A stretch of DNA of 64,000 bases from an uncultured Gemmatimonadaceae bacterium (GCA_963761305.1 CAVXGK010000002.1:2272001-2336000), one strand, 5' to 3'. Shown: positions 44,156 through 55,342, counted from the first letter of the stretch. The notes: generated by a model from the letters alone, not told the origin. Numbers and translations: made by a program.

Positions 44156-44434
44156 CTATTCGACGCCGATATCCCAGGCTTGCTGCAAATCCTTTCGCGA
44201 GTACGCGCGAAACGCCGTGAGCGTCTGCGTGCGTTGAATTCCCGGGACGGTTGGGAACACCTCCGTCACGACGTGCGCGATCTGGTCGTATTGCGGCACG
44301 CGCACGATCGCCACGAGATCCCAGTCGCCCGACACCGAGTACACCTCGGTCACACCGTCGACGCCGGCGAGCATGTTCGCCGCCGTCGGAATGAGCGTCG
44401 GGTCGACGCGAATCAGGACGATCGTTGTGATCAC
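44156..44434 (-). CDS. Lrp/AsnC ligand-binding-domain-only protein
   Basis: GVTEVYSVSGDWDLVAIV, GIQRTQT; no HTH. Confidence 0.85.
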   Translation of the reverse strand: MITTIVLIRVDPTLIPTAANMLAGVDGVTEVYSVSGDWDLVAIVRVPQYDQIAHVVTEVFPTVPGIQRTQTLTAFRAYSRKDLQQAWDIGVE

Positions 44435-44958
44435 GGTTCGACGGCCGGCGGAGGACAGGGAGGTACGTTGAGCAGCCAGAGACCGGAGATGCGATTCTTG
44501 TCGTCCACGTCGAACAAGAGATCTCGCGCGACGCGAACCGTGCGCGCGCCACGCGGCGCGCCGAGCCGGAAGTGGAAATTCGTCTGACTGGGGTCGGCTT
44601 CCGCGATCAGGTGCGTATCGACTTCCACCGACGCGACGTCGGCCTTCGTCTTGCTCACCGGCACCATGACCTGCACGTCCTCGATGTGCGACGGCAACGC
44701 CAGCGCCGGCAGCCTTCGCACGTCCGGCCACACGGCCACCTCGACACCCGCAATGCGACCCGCGGCGACGTCGAGGATGACCCACGAGCCGTCGGTTCCT
44801 TCGAGCCCTACCGATCCGGACAACCCGTCGCCCGACGCGCGCGGCGTCAACTGCGCCGACAGAATGTCGGTGTCGGGATCCCAGGTGTATTCCACGTCCG
44901 CCGGCAACGCGTCGGCAGGCTGAATGTGTACGTCAACCTTCACGTCCTTCTCCTCCAT
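44431..44958 (-). CDS. Hypothetical protein, tandem DUF2283-like
   Basis: Two related halves: WDPDTDIL...ILDVAAGRIAGVEV and ADPSQTNF...LFDVDDKNRISGLWL; start may be GTG 44943. Confidence 0.6.
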   Translation of the reverse strand: MEEKDVKVDVHIQPADALPADVEYTWDPDTDILSAQLTPRASGDGLSGSVGLEGTDGSWVILDVAAGRIAGVEVAVWPDVRRLPALALPSHIEDVQVMVPVSKTKADVASVEVDTHLIAEADPSQTNFHFRLGAPRGARTVRVARDLLFDVDDKNRISGLWLLNVPPCPPPAVEP

Positions 44959-45087
44959 GTGGGTCGAGTGCGAATCTCGCATCCCGCGCGGCGTAGAGCA
45001 GGTCCGAATTCGCGCGCACGCGATCACGGCCTTGCAGCGTCTCCCGCCCTGCCCCGCCCGGTGTCTCGGACGGCCCGTCCCTCGCGG

Positions 45088-46272
45088 CTAAGATATACCC
45101 GCGGCAACGATTCGACGAACCCCCTCGAGCACGTCAGCGGCCGGAGCCGCGAACGAAACACGAATCCATTCCGGCGCGCGGAACGCCGCTCCTGCAACGA
45201 CCGCTACGTCGTGCGCGTCGAGCAACCGCTCAGCCGCGCGCGTTCCCGGTTCGGGATTGTCGGGTGAAGCCTGACCCGCCCGGACGAACAGATAGAACGC
45301 CCCCTCCGGTTCGAGCACTTCGAGGCCACCCTTCCGAAGGATATTGAGTGCACCATCGCGGCGGCGTCTCAACTCGGCAACCATCTCGCTCAAAGCGGAG
45401 CGATATGCGTCGACATTCGAGAGTGCCGAGAGCGCGGCGTGTTGCGAGATCGTCGTCGCGTTCGACGTCGTGTGCGATTGCAGTGCCGCCACCGAACGCG
45501 CGAGCTCTGCCGGACCGATCGACCATCCGATGCGCCAGCCCGGCATCGCCATCGACTTCGCTAACCCGTCCACCACGACGAGCCGTCCCGACGCCGGCGC
45601 GGCTGACAACAACGACGCCGCCTCGCCGTCGTAGCAGATGCCACGGTAGATCTCGTCGCTCAGAATCCACCACCCGGCCTCGCTCGCGAACGCCGAGATC
45701 TCTTCCAGCTCAGCGCGCGAGTAGACCGCGCCCGTGGGATTGCTCGGCGAGTTCAGCACGAGGCCGCGCGTCTTCGCCGTTCCGGCGCGCGCCAGGTCCG
45801 ACGCCGAGATCTTGAAGCTCCGCTCGCGCGAGCCGCTCAGCGGCACCGCCTTGGCGCGCGCGATCGTGAGCATTTCGTAATAGCTGGTCCAGCCCGGCGT
45901 CGGCACCAGCACTTCGTCGCCTTCGCCGAACAGCGCAAAACAGGTGTTGAACAGCGCCTGCTTCGTTCCCGCCGAAACGACGACATTGCTCGAATCCCAC
46001 GGCGTGGCGCCGTGCTCGCGGCACGCCTGCTCCGCGATGACCGCCCGCAGCGGCTCGATCCCGGCCACGGGCGTGTACCGCGTCGCGCCCTCGTCGAGCG
46101 CCCGGTGCGCCGCCTCGATCACGAACGCGGGCGTCGGGAAGTCCGGCTCTCCGGCGCCGAGGTCGATGATCGGCCGGCCCTCCGCCCGAAGTCGCTTGGC
46201 GCGCGCCGACGCCGCGATCGTGGCGGACTCGCGAAGCCGGTCGATGTTGGACGACGGGGTGTAGTTCGTCAC
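45088..46272 (-). CDS. aspC: Aspartate aminotransferase (class I/II PLP)
   Basis: GEPDF, NSPSNPTG, SDEIY, AKSMAMPGWRIG, GAFY. Confidence 0.9.
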   Translation of the reverse strand: MTNYTPSSNIDRLRESATIAASARAKRLRAEGRPIIDLGAGEPDFPTPAFVIEAAHRALDEGATRYTPVAGIEPLRAVIAEQACREHGATPWDSSNVVVSAGTKQALFNTCFALFGEGDEVLVPTPGWTSYYEMLTIARAKAVPLSGSRERSFKISASDLARAGTAKTRGLVLNSPSNPTGAVYSRAELEEISAFASEAGWWILSDEIYRGICYDGEAASLLSAAPASGRLVVVDGLAKSMAMPGWRIGWSIGPAELARSVAALQSHTTSNATTISQHAALSALSNVDAYRSALSEMVAELRRRRDGALNILRKGGLEVLEPEGAFYLFVRAGQASPDNPEPGTRAAERLLDAHDVAVVAGAAFRAPEWIRVSFAAPAADVLEGVRRIVAAGIS

Positions 46273-46344
46273 GCGTCAGCCCATTGAGCTATCATTCTTC
46301 CCCCCTGCACGTTCCGCCGCCGGCCGTCCCCAACTCGAGTCGAA

Positions 46345-48012
46345 ATGTCGTCCGACGAACACGAGCTTCCACCAGTTTCCCGCGGCCAAAACGCGCTCCT
46401 CGTCCTGCCCCACGACTGGGCGTCGATCGCCGAGTTTCTGGCGCCATTGATCGAACGCGTCGATCCCGAATCTCCGGACGTCCAGGTCGTCATCGCAACC
46501 GCCGACGCCGAGGTCGCCGCAGCGGTCATCGCGGCAAGCGCCCGGCTCGTCGGCGATCGTCCGATCGGCGTGCTGGCTGCGACGTCGTCCGCACGCGCGG
46601 CGCGACTCGTCAAAATCCGGCCGCCGCACATCGTAGCCGGCACACCGAGCACGCTCGTTGGTCTCCTGCGCGCCAGCGCGATCAAGCTCGACGCTGTCCG
46701 CGCGATGTGCATCGCGTGGGCCGACGAGCTCCTCGCGCGCGATGAATCCGCGTCGTTGGAAACGCTGATGGCCGAGGTCCCGAAGGACGCGCCGCGCATG
46801 ATCGTGACATCCGTCGCCACTCCCGCCGTGGATGAGTTGGTCGAACGATACGCGCGGCGCGCGCGTCGGGAAGTCGCGCGCGCGCTGGAGGGGCGCGAAC
46901 CCATCGGTCTGGAGTACGTGCTCTCGTCGATGACCGCTCGCCCCACCACGCTGCGGCGCCTGCTGGACGAAATCGACCCGTCGTCAGCGCTGGTCTTCGC
47001 GCGCGAGGCCGATAGCCGGGTGAGTGTGCGCGATCAGCTCCGCGTGCTCGGCTACGGCGACGAGGGCGACGTGCGTTGCGGCGTGGCCGCGCCGCCCGAG
47101 ACGGCCCTCACCGTCTTGTACGACCTACCAGCGACCCACGAGGAGTTGCGCGAGGCGGTGTCCGGTGCACGCCGAGCGATCGCGCTCGTTCGCCCGCGCC
47201 AACTCGAGAGCCTTCGTGCGCTGGCACTCGGCGGCGCGCTCAAACCGCACGTCTTGCCTGAAGCGGTTGCGGCGTCGCGCGCTCGCGACGCGAGCATTCT
47301 CGCTCAACTGCGTCGGATCCTCGATAGCGGGGCCGCGTCGCGCGAGCTGCTGTCGATCGAGCCTCTGCTCGAGGATTTCGATGGTGCCGAAGTGGCGGCG
47401 GCGGCGCTCAAGCTGCTCGAGCAGGAGCGAGCCGCACAACAGGCGCGCGCTGTGGAACAGGAGAAGGTCGCGAGCCGCGAGGGCACATACGCCGAGCGAT
47501 CGCCCGCCGCGCCGCGCGAGTCCTCCGGGCCCATGGTCAGCCTGTTCGCGAGCGTCGGCGCGCGCGAGGGCGTGCGGCCGGCGGATCTCGTCGGCATGAT
47601 CACGAGCAAGGCGGGCGTGGCCGGCAGCGACGTGGGTCGCGTCGACATCCGCGAGTCGCACTCCACGATCGAGGTCGCGAGCGGGCTCGCCGATCAGATC
47701 ATCGACCGCGCGTCGGGCACGATCGTGAAAGGACGCCGCGCGCTGCTCAAGCGCGACGAAAAACCCGCGCGGCGCGATTCGCGCGACGAGAGACCTGGCC
47801 ATCGCGGACCACGAGAGGAGCGCCCGTTCAGGCGCGGATCGGGAGACGACCGCCCGTTCGGGCGCGGGTCACGGGACGACCGTCCGCCTCGGCGCGATGG
47901 AGCCCGCCGAGAAGGCCGGCCAGCCGGGCCGCCGCGCCATCGGTCGGGCGACCGACCGGCTGACGATCGCCCCCGCGGCCCGCGCGGCCCGCGCTCCTCA
48001 CCTCGCGCGTGA
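46345..48012 (+). CDS. Degenerate DEAD-box-like protein with DbpA RNA-binding domain
   Basis: [33 protein letters not shown]...VGRVDI; Arg/Gly/Asp-rich tail. Confidence 0.75.
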   Translation: MSSDEHELPPVSRGQNALLVLPHDWASIAEFLAPLIERVDPESPDVQVVIATADAEVAAAVIAASARLVGDRPIGVLAATSSARAARLVKIRPPHIVAGTPSTLVGLLRASAIKLDAVRAMCIAWADELLARDESASLETLMAEVPKDAPRMIVTSVATPAVDELVERYARRARREVARALEGREPIGLEYVLSSMTARPTTLRRLLDEIDPSSALVFAREADSRVSVRDQLRVLGYGDEGDVRCGVAAPPETALTVLYDLPATHEELREAVSGARRAIALVRPRQLESLRALALGGALKPHVLPEAVAASRARDASILAQLRRILDSGAASRELLSIEPLLEDFDGAEVAAAALKLLEQERAAQQARAVEQEKVASREGTYAERSPAAPRESSGPMVSLFASVGAREGVRPADLVGMITSKAGVAGSDVGRVDIRESHSTIEVASGLADQIIDRASGTIVKGRRALLKRDEKPARRDSRDERPGHRGPREERPFRRGSGDDRPFGRGSRDDRPPRRDGARREGRPAGPPRHRSGDRPADDRPRGPRGPRSSPRA

Positions 48013-48629
48013 TCTCCGACGGGTCGTTCGCCAGCGGCCGCGCCGGATGGATCGAAGTAATCTGCGGCGTCATGTTCAGCGGCAAGAGCGAGGAGCTCAT
48101 CCGCCGCGTGCGGCGCGCGATCATCGCCAGGAAGAGAATCCAGGTCTTCAAGTCGCACCTCGACGAGCGATACTCCGGCATCTATCAGGTGTCGAGCCAC
48201 GATGGCCGCACCGTGAACGCCGAGCCGGTGGACACCACCGAGCAGATCGCACGCATGGTGCTGCCGGACACGCAGGTCGTGGCGATCGACGAGGCGCAGT
48301 TTCTCGATGCCGGGATCGTCGACCTCGTGACTTCGCTCGCCAATCGCGGAATACGCGTGATCGTCGCCGGCACGGACACTGACTTCCGGGGCGAGCCGTT
48401 CGGCGCCATGCCGCAGCTGCTCTCCGTCGCCGAGGTGGTGGACAAGCTGCACGCGATCTGCGTGGTGTGCGGCAATCCCGCGAGCCGCAATCAACGCCTC
48501 ATCGCCGGGACGCCCGCGCGCTACGATTCGCCGACCATCATGGTCGGTAGCACGGAGTCGTACGAGGCGCGCTGCCGCGCGTGTCATTCGGTGCCGCGAC
48601 GCGACGAAGATCAGGGGCGGCTGCTATAA
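48009..48629 (+). CDS. tdk: Thymidine kinase
   Basis: [28 protein letters not shown]...CRAC. Confidence 0.95.
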   Translation: MISDGSFASGRAGWIEVICGVMFSGKSEELIRRVRRAIIARKRIQVFKSHLDERYSGIYQVSSHDGRTVNAEPVDTTEQIARMVLPDTQVVAIDEAQFLDAGIVDLVTSLANRGIRVIVAGTDTDFRGEPFGAMPQLLSVAEVVDKLHAICVVCGNPASRNQRLIAGTPARYDSPTIMVGSTESYEARCRACHSVPRRDEDQGRLL

Positions 48630-48644
48630 CAGCCGCCCCTGATC
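48609..48644. terminator. Perfect 15-bp hairpin at convergent junction
   Basis: GATCAGGGGCGGCTG-ctataa-CAGCCGCCCCTGATC; no U-tract. Confidence 0.55.
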
Positions 48645-48682
48645 ACCATCGTCCTGCATGCTACGCTCGTCGCGGTCGGTGC

Positions 48683-50686
48683 TTACGGCCCACCCGGCGT
48701 CAGGCTCCTGTACAGGGCGCCGATCGTCGACGACTTGACGCGCACCGGATCGAGCTCGTAGTAGCGATTGTCGAGGAACCGGCCTGTCGTCGGGAAGTAC
48801 GGCGGCGGATTGACCACCGCGCACCGGTCGTAGCTGTATCGCTTGACGTAGCCTTGACCGCTCGTGAGGCCAACCGGTCCGCGATTGTTCTGAATCAGGC
48901 CACCGGTGAGGTAAAGGCACCCGTGCCCGTCCGTCGACGTCCCACAGGTTAGCGCGTTGGTCGGACCGCTATTGTAGTTCTCCACGGTGAACGACGTTCC
49001 GAGCGCCATGATCACCGCGTCCAAGTTGAGGTCTGGGGTATCGTCAAGGCTGCGATAGACCGTAGGGCTCCCCGTGTTGATGACCTGGGGCGTGTTGATG
49101 CTGTTGTCGGCCACGTACGTGTCCTGCCCCGAGATCGTGCCCAGAATGTCGATGCACAGGCCTTTGGCGGGATCGTTTGCATACCGCACGTCGTCGAGAA
49201 TGACCAGCGTGTTGGGCGTGTACAGGGTCACGTCGCCGCCGACCACGCCGCTGATGCCGATCGTGCCGCCGGCGTAGATCACGCCCTTGGTGTTCGTGTT
49301 GTATCCGCGATATAACGGGAAAAGGTATTTCGCGTCCCACGTGCGAACGGCGGAGACCGCGGCAGGGGGCGTGTTCGAGTACAGCGTCCACGCGCCGTAT
49401 TGATCACTTGGCGTGAATGTCGAGTCCTCACCACCCTTGTGAATCGCGGCATTCGAGTAACCCAGCGCCGTCGTGCGCGCTACCGCGACGAGGTGCGGAT
49501 CGCCGCCCAGGTAACACCGGACGTTGGGGTGCTGGAGCACGCCACTGAACGTCGCGTTGTTCGTCTTCACCGAGTCCGCTTCCGCTCGCGACGCCGCGAC
49601 GTTCGCCGCCGTCACTCCGCCCGGCCGCCCGCCGGCGGTCACCGTGTCGAACCAGGTGTTGCTCGAGCTCGAATGGTAGTGCACGGCGAACGGGAAGAAC
49701 TTGAGGGTCGTGTCGCCACTCGTCTTGACCTTGTGCCAGTCCCCGCAGTTCGTGAGCGACGTCGCTGACGGCAGTGAGCCGCTCGGCCAATCGGCGCGCA
49801 GCCACGCGCTGTTTCCCGCCTTCGCCGTGTAGACCCGGAAGAAGCCGTCGTTGGCGGCCGTCGAGTCACCGGCGCCGTTGAGATCCGTCGCAAGGAACTC
49901 GAGCCGCATCAGCACACCGGTGGAGGCACCGGTGTTCGGCGGCGAGAAATTGAACCCGCTCACTGTGGCGAGGCCGCTGAGCGACGCAAGCGTCGTCAGC
50001 GTCGGAAGTGGGATCGGCTTCTGGCTCACCTCATACCCGTTGGCAAACGTCGCCGCGGTCGCATTCACGATGAGCGGCGCGGCCGTGCCGACGTCGTTGT
50101 GGAAGTTGGCGCCGCCGGTTCCGATGGTGATCGTGTCATTCGACCAGACGGGGCCCCACAGCGCGTCGCCGTTGGCGAATACGATTGCGCCGCCGGACGC
50201 GCTGTTTTCGCTATTGGTCCAGTAGGCGAACTTCGCGAAGCTCTCCTGCGACAGCTCGAGGCGGCGCACGAAGCCCGTGCCATTCCGAAGGTCGCGCGCT
50301 TCGGCAACGACGCTCGCGAAGCGCCCGAACTGCCCGCTCGTCGAACCGGTCGGCCCGGCGTAGAGGTTCACCACGAGGCCGGGGACCGTCTGGCCATCGG
50401 CTGTGGCGATCGGAGCCTTGTTCATCATGGTCACGTAGCTGCTGCTCGGCAGTGCCGCGGGATTGAAGTTGAGCTCCGCTTTGCCGATCTGGAGCGCGGC
50501 CTCCGAGGTGTACTTGAGGTCGTCTTCCTTCTCATACGCCTTGCCGAGCAGCGTGGCATTGGTGGAGAGATAGATCGACGACAGCGCGAGCGCGCCGACC
50601 GCGATGACGAAGAAAATCGACACGAAGAGCGCCGCGCCGCGGCGCGCTCGGGGGGATTTGCGCTGTGAACGAGAGAAGAGCCTCAT
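48683..50686 (-). CDS. PilX-like minor pilin with large C-terminal domain
   Basis: RRG|AALFVSIFF (no Glu5, as in PilX/GspK), SEAAL; 667 aa; C-terminal GYVKRYSYD...PPYFP. Confidence 0.75.
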   Translation of the reverse strand: MRLFSRSQRKSPRARRGAALFVSIFFVIAVGALALSSIYLSTNATLLGKAYEKEDDLKYTSEAALQIGKAELNFNPAALPSSSYVTMMNKAPIATADGQTVPGLVVNLYAGPTGSTSGQFGRFASVVAEARDLRNGTGFVRRLELSQESFAKFAYWTNSENSASGGAIVFANGDALWGPVWSNDTITIGTGGANFHNDVGTAAPLIVNATAATFANGYEVSQKPIPLPTLTTLASLSGLATVSGFNFSPPNTGASTGVLMRLEFLATDLNGAGDSTAANDGFFRVYTAKAGNSAWLRADWPSGSLPSATSLTNCGDWHKVKTSGDTTLKFFPFAVHYHSSSSNTWFDTVTAGGRPGGVTAANVAASRAEADSVKTNNATFSGVLQHPNVRCYLGGDPHLVAVARTTALGYSNAAIHKGGEDSTFTPSDQYGAWTLYSNTPPAAVSAVRTWDAKYLFPLYRGYNTNTKGVIYAGGTIGISGVVGGDVTLYTPNTLVILDDVRYANDPAKGLCIDILGTISGQDTYVADNSINTPQVINTGSPTVYRSLDDTPDLNLDAVIMALGTSFTVENYNSGPTNALTCGTSTDGHGCLYLTGGLIQNNRGPVGLTSGQGYVKRYSYDRCAVVNPPPYFPTTGRFLDNRYYELDPVRVKSSTIGALYRSLTPGGP

Positions 50687-50696
50687 AAATGAACCT

Positions 50697-51869
50697 CTAC
50701 GGGATGACGACGGACGACGACTGCGCGGTCGGCGACGTCGCCGGGCTGCAATCCACGGCGGCGACTGCGTACACCCAGGTCTGGCCGCTCTGCACATCGA
50801 TGTCGTTGAAGCTGTAGCTGCCGGCCCCTGCGGGGACGCCCGCGAACGGTTCGTCGAACGTGGCGACGCTCGACAGGCGACGGTACACGGCGTAGCGGAT
50901 GACATCCTTCTCACCCGCGCCGTCATCGACCGACTTGGTCCACGCGACCGTGACGTAGGTCTGCGGCACGGTGGTGCCGTTCGCCGCGGTCACCGAGGCC
51001 GTCACGGACCCCGGCGCCAGCGGCGGGTTGCCACACGTGAAGTGGTGCAAGAGGCCGGCATTCATCAGGTGGATTATCGCGCGCTGCTGGCGGAGCTTCG
51101 CTTGGCCGGAGCGCGGATCATGGAAAACGGTGGTGAACTGCAGGCGCACTTCGCGGATGCTGTCGGTCAGCGCAGAGTGCGCGGTGTCGGCCGTCGAGCC
51201 GTGGATCGCCGCCGTGTGGATGATCGGGAGCGCTGACGGGGGAATCTCGGTGAGATTCCCGAGCGTGTCGCTCTTGAAGTAATGGAAGATCGTGTCGCCC
51301 GGATTGTAGACGATGCCACGAGCGACGACGCGAGCCGGTTTCGCGTTCACACGACGGAACAGGACGTAGTCGTAGCTGTACGAGCTCGTCGAGTCGTGCG
51401 ACAACCAATACGAAATCGTCTCCGCGTTGCTGGGTACGCCCGGGCTCGACGTGTACGTCGTTTCGGGATAGGTCGTCGACGTCCTGGGCAACGTGATCGC
51501 TTCATTCGTTCGGAGCACGTCGACGCTCGCGGAATCCGTATTGGGGTTGATGTACACGGACCCCATGTCGCCCGTGTCGAGCGCGACCAAGTCGGCATTG
51601 AACGTCAAGCTCAGCGTGTCGGCCATGACGAGGAGCGGCTGCTGGTCGACGACGCCGACGCCCGCCACCCGAAGCTCGCGCTCGAGCATTGAGACGGCGA
51701 ACCGCGAGTTCTGCTGGGCGTCGAGGTAGCCCGACTCCGTCGAGACCGACGCCGATTGTTTGCGGAAGAGCTGAGCGGTCATGCCGATCATCGCCAACAT
51801 CAGCGACATTGCCAGGATCATTTCGAGCAGCGTGAAGCCGCGACGGCTTCTGAGTATTGGAGCGTTCAT
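50697..51869 (-). CDS. PilW-like minor pilin with C-terminal FN3-like domain
   Basis: RRG|FTLLEM, AQQNSRFA..MLERELRVAG; C-terminal W..S..YAVYR..Y.V.AVD. Confidence 0.82.
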   Translation of the reverse strand: MNAPILRSRRGFTLLEMILAMSLMLAMIGMTAQLFRKQSASVSTESGYLDAQQNSRFAVSMLERELRVAGVGVVDQQPLLVMADTLSLTFNADLVALDTGDMGSVYINPNTDSASVDVLRTNEAITLPRTSTTYPETTYTSSPGVPSNAETISYWLSHDSTSSYSYDYVLFRRVNAKPARVVARGIVYNPGDTIFHYFKSDTLGNLTEIPPSALPIIHTAAIHGSTADTAHSALTDSIREVRLQFTTVFHDPRSGQAKLRQQRAIIHLMNAGLLHHFTCGNPPLAPGSVTASVTAANGTTVPQTYVTVAWTKSVDDGAGEKDVIRYAVYRRLSSVATFDEPFAGVPAGAGSYSFNDIDVQSGQTWVYAVAAVDCSPATSPTAQSSSVVIP

Positions 51870-51883
51870 CGTGGCCTCCTGCC

Positions 51884-52309
51884 TTAGTAGGGGGCGATGG
51901 TGGTCGTCTTGCGAACCGACCCGGTGATCTGGCGGTGCGTGACCTGCACCGTCACGATCTTGTAGTCGATCGTGTCGGCGAATGACCCGCCGACGCGATG
52001 AACCCACGTTTGCCGGGTGTACTGCGGATAGCCCGGGATCGCGTTCTCGGTTGCCACGTACAGGCTCTCGATCGCCGTGTAGCGCGGCGCACCCTTGATC
52101 GTTTCGAGGCGGTCCGCGGCGAGCTGCGCGGCGGTGATGCGAAGGCGCGACGTCGACGTCGCCTGCGCGAGTCGGACGGAGAACATCGCCAGCCCGAGGA
52201 TCACGCCGGCCAGAATCACGAGCGCGACGATGACCTCGACCAGCGACAGACCTCGTCGCGGCCGGCGAGCACCGCGCACGGGACTCGAACAATGTGCGTG
52301 GCGGCTCAT
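51884..52309 (-). CDS. PilV-like minor pilin
   Basis: RRG|LSLVEVIVALVIL, AAQLAADRLETIK. Confidence 0.82.
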   Translation of the reverse strand: MSRHAHCSSPVRGARRPRRGLSLVEVIVALVILAGVILGLAMFSVRLAQATSTSRLRITAAQLAADRLETIKGAPRYTAIESLYVATENAIPGYPQYTRQTWVHRVGGSFADTIDYKIVTVQVTHRQITGSVRKTTTIAPY

Positions 52310-52899
52310 TGACTGACCTGAACCCATTTCAAGGCCTCGGCATTCAGTCGGTACCACGAGACGCGGCCGGTGGCCTGCGTCACAGTGACTGCTCGGTACC
52401 ACGGGGGACCGTGGGCAGCCACCTTGATGTAGATCTCCGCGTCGCTGCTGGCGGAGCCGTCCCGGTGGAACGTGATCGTCGGGTAGCCGTTGAGGAGCGA
52501 CATCGTCGGCCCGCTCACGGCCTGGTGAATGACGTCCCCGGAGACCCCCAGGGTCCCCACGTCGGTGAAGAGCACGCCGTTGTCGAGGCCACGCCAGAAG
52601 ACGTGTTCCGAACTGTCGGCGACTCCATCGCCATTCGCGTCCCAGATTGTGCGAATGCGCTCGCCCGTCGTGTCGAAGCTGACCAAGATGTCGTGCTGCC
52701 GCGTGATGGCCTGACGTTGCGCGTACTGCAGCGTGGTTCGGACGATGCCCGCCACGGCGTCGGCCTTGATCTTCGTCGTGTCGATCCGCGGCAGGGCGAG
52801 CGTCATCGTGATTCCAGACACGACGACGACCAACATCAGCTCGGCGAGCGTGAAAGCCGGGCGGAGAAACCTTGGAGCCTCTCGTGCGGGCTCGTACAT
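52306..52899 (-). CDS. FimT/FimU (GspH-like) minor pilin
   Basis: RPA|FTLAELMLVVVV, LQYAQRQAI, ITFHRDG, TGRV. Confidence 0.8.
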   Translation of the reverse strand: MYEPAREAPRFLRPAFTLAELMLVVVVSGITMTLALPRIDTTKIKADAVAGIVRTTLQYAQRQAITRQHDILVSFDTTGERIRTIWDANGDGVADSSEHVFWRGLDNGVLFTDVGTLGVSGDVIHQAVSGPTMSLLNGYPTITFHRDGSASSDAEIYIKVAAHGPPWYRAVTVTQATGRVSWYRLNAEALKWVQVSQ

Positions 52900-53096
52900 A
52901 TTGGCCCCCTTCTGAGTTCCTGCCCACCCCCAAAGGCGTCGGGGGAGTGCACAGACGCTAACGAAGACGCGGCCGAGGGTAGTCATCTGGGCGGCAAGAA
53001 CAGTCACATTGGGGCGTTATTGGCCTCCCGCGTGACTGCCGAAATGCCCGATCGTCGTTGCAGTAAGCGAGTCGCCCGTCGACCGCCAATCCAACC

Positions 53097-53931
53097 ATGG
53101 GCGTCATTGCCACCTTCCTCCCGACCGCCGCCCACTTGCTGCGCGTGCGCACGGCCATCCGCGACCGCCATGAGATCATCGCCTGCGAGGACTGGCCCTC
53201 GCTGATCCACGCGTGCGAACGCCAAGCGGCGAGGGTTGCGCTGGTGGACCTGTTCGCCGGCGGAACGACTAACCTCGCCGCGATCCGACAGATGAAGCGC
53301 CGGATTCCGAGGCTTACCCTGATCGCCTACGTGGACGTCGTCGCGTCGCGGGCGCACGACCTCTTCGATGCCGGCCGGCTGGGCATGGACGCACTGGTCA
53401 TCGCCGACAAGGACGATGCGCCTCGCACGCTGCTCGCCACGATCGAACAGGCTGAGTCACGGAGCCTCGGTTCGCTCGTTCGTCTGGCGCTTGACGGCAT
53501 CGACCCGACAGCGCGGGACGCGCTACTGATGTCGGTGACCCGCGCACACCAACGCCTCTCGCCTGAAGGGCTGGCCCGACTGCTCTCGCTGCCGAAGCGC
53601 ACGGTGTCCCAACGGCTCGCGCGGGCCGGGTTTCCGTCCCCGCAGCGATTGCTATCGTGGGGTCGGTTGATCGTCGCCGCCCACCTCCTCGAGGACCGGC
53701 AGCGCAGCGCTGGCCAGGTCGCCACCGCACTCGACTTTCCGTCGGCGAGCGCGTTTCGCAACCTCTGCCAGCGCTATCTCGGCGCGACGCCCACTGAGAT
53801 TCGGGAACGGGGCGGCGCGGGCTACGCGCTCGAGACCGTGCTGCTCGAGATCGGCGCTCCGATCAAGGTGCTCGAACTATTCGCCGACCCTCGGCCGGTT
53901 CCGGCACCGGAGGTCGGCAAGGTCGACGCGG

Positions 53932-53939
<8 letters not shown>
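53097..53939 (+). CDS. AraC-type HTH regulator with receiver-like N-terminus
   Basis: [43 protein letters not shown]. Confidence 0.8.
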
Positions 53940-54579
<640 letters not shown>

Positions 54580-54605
54580 ATCGACTCCAGATAGCAGGTT
54601 TTTCG

Positions 54606-54634
54606 TTGACGGGTTCCCGGCCCGTACATACCTT
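54606..54634 (+). promoter_or_regulatory. Putative sigma70 promoter for coaE
   Basis: TTGACG-N17-TACCTT. Confidence 0.5.
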
Positions 54635-54676
54635 GGCGTCCGGGCGTAACCCTCAAAAGCTGCCCGAGCACCTTAC

Positions 54677-55303
54677 ATGCTACTCGTTGGTCTCACCGGT
54701 AACATCGGCAGCGGCAAGTCCACGGTCGCCCGCATGCTCTCCGAGCGCGGGGCGACGGTCATCGACGCGGACGTTCTGGCCCGCCGCGCCGTCGAACTCG
54801 GAACGCCTGCCTACGACAGAATCGTGTCGCGGTGGGGAAGCTCCGTGCTGTCGCCCGACGGGCACCTCGACCGCGCGGCACTGCGTCGGGTCGTCTTCGC
54901 GGACCACGCGCAACTCGAAGAACTTAACGAGATCGTCCATCCCGAAGTCGAGCGGCTGCGCGAGCGCCTCGTCGAACAGGCCCGCGCGCGCGGCGAGCGC
55001 GTGGTCATCTGCGACATCCCGCTGCTGCTCGAGAAGGGAATGGCCGATCTGTTCGACCGCATCGTTCTCGTCGACGCGCCGCGACCGGTGCGACTCGAGC
55101 GCTTGCTCCAGGACCGCGGGCTTCAGACGACCGAAGCGATGGAGATGATCGCCGCCCAGATGCCCGCTGAGCTCAAGCGCGCCCGCGCCGATTTCATCAT
55201 CGAGAACAACGGCACGCTGACCCAACTCGAGCGTCGCGTACAGGATCTCTGGGTCTCGCTCTCGCGCGAGCCCACGTCGGCGCGTTCGGCCGCGCGCTCG
55301 TAG
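54677..55303 (+). CDS. coaE: Dephospho-CoA kinase
   Basis: GLTGNIGSGKST, IDAD, LDRAAL, IVHP, DIPLL, AQM. Confidence 0.96.
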   Translation: MLLVGLTGNIGSGKSTVARMLSERGATVIDADVLARRAVELGTPAYDRIVSRWGSSVLSPDGHLDRAALRRVVFADHAQLEELNEIVHPEVERLRERLVEQARARGERVVICDIPLLLEKGMADLFDRIVLVDAPRPVRLERLLQDRGLQTTEAMEMIAAQMPAELKRARADFIIENNGTLTQLERRVQDLWVSLSREPTSARSAARS

Positions 55304-55342
55304 CGCCACTGCCCGATCGGCCGGTCCTCCGGTCCCCCGCAA

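Noticed and set aside
47755..48012. Repetitive GACGACCG/CGCCCGTTC-like sequence as a CRISPR or DNA repeat
   Set aside because: Degenerate coding repeats of the (D/E)(D/E)RP tail; no constant repeat-spacer structure and no cas genes
52900..53096. c-di-GMP riboswitch upstream of the pilin cassette
   Set aside because: No GGCAAA...GAAA...GACGCAAA-type core on the coding strand; only an imperfect short hairpin
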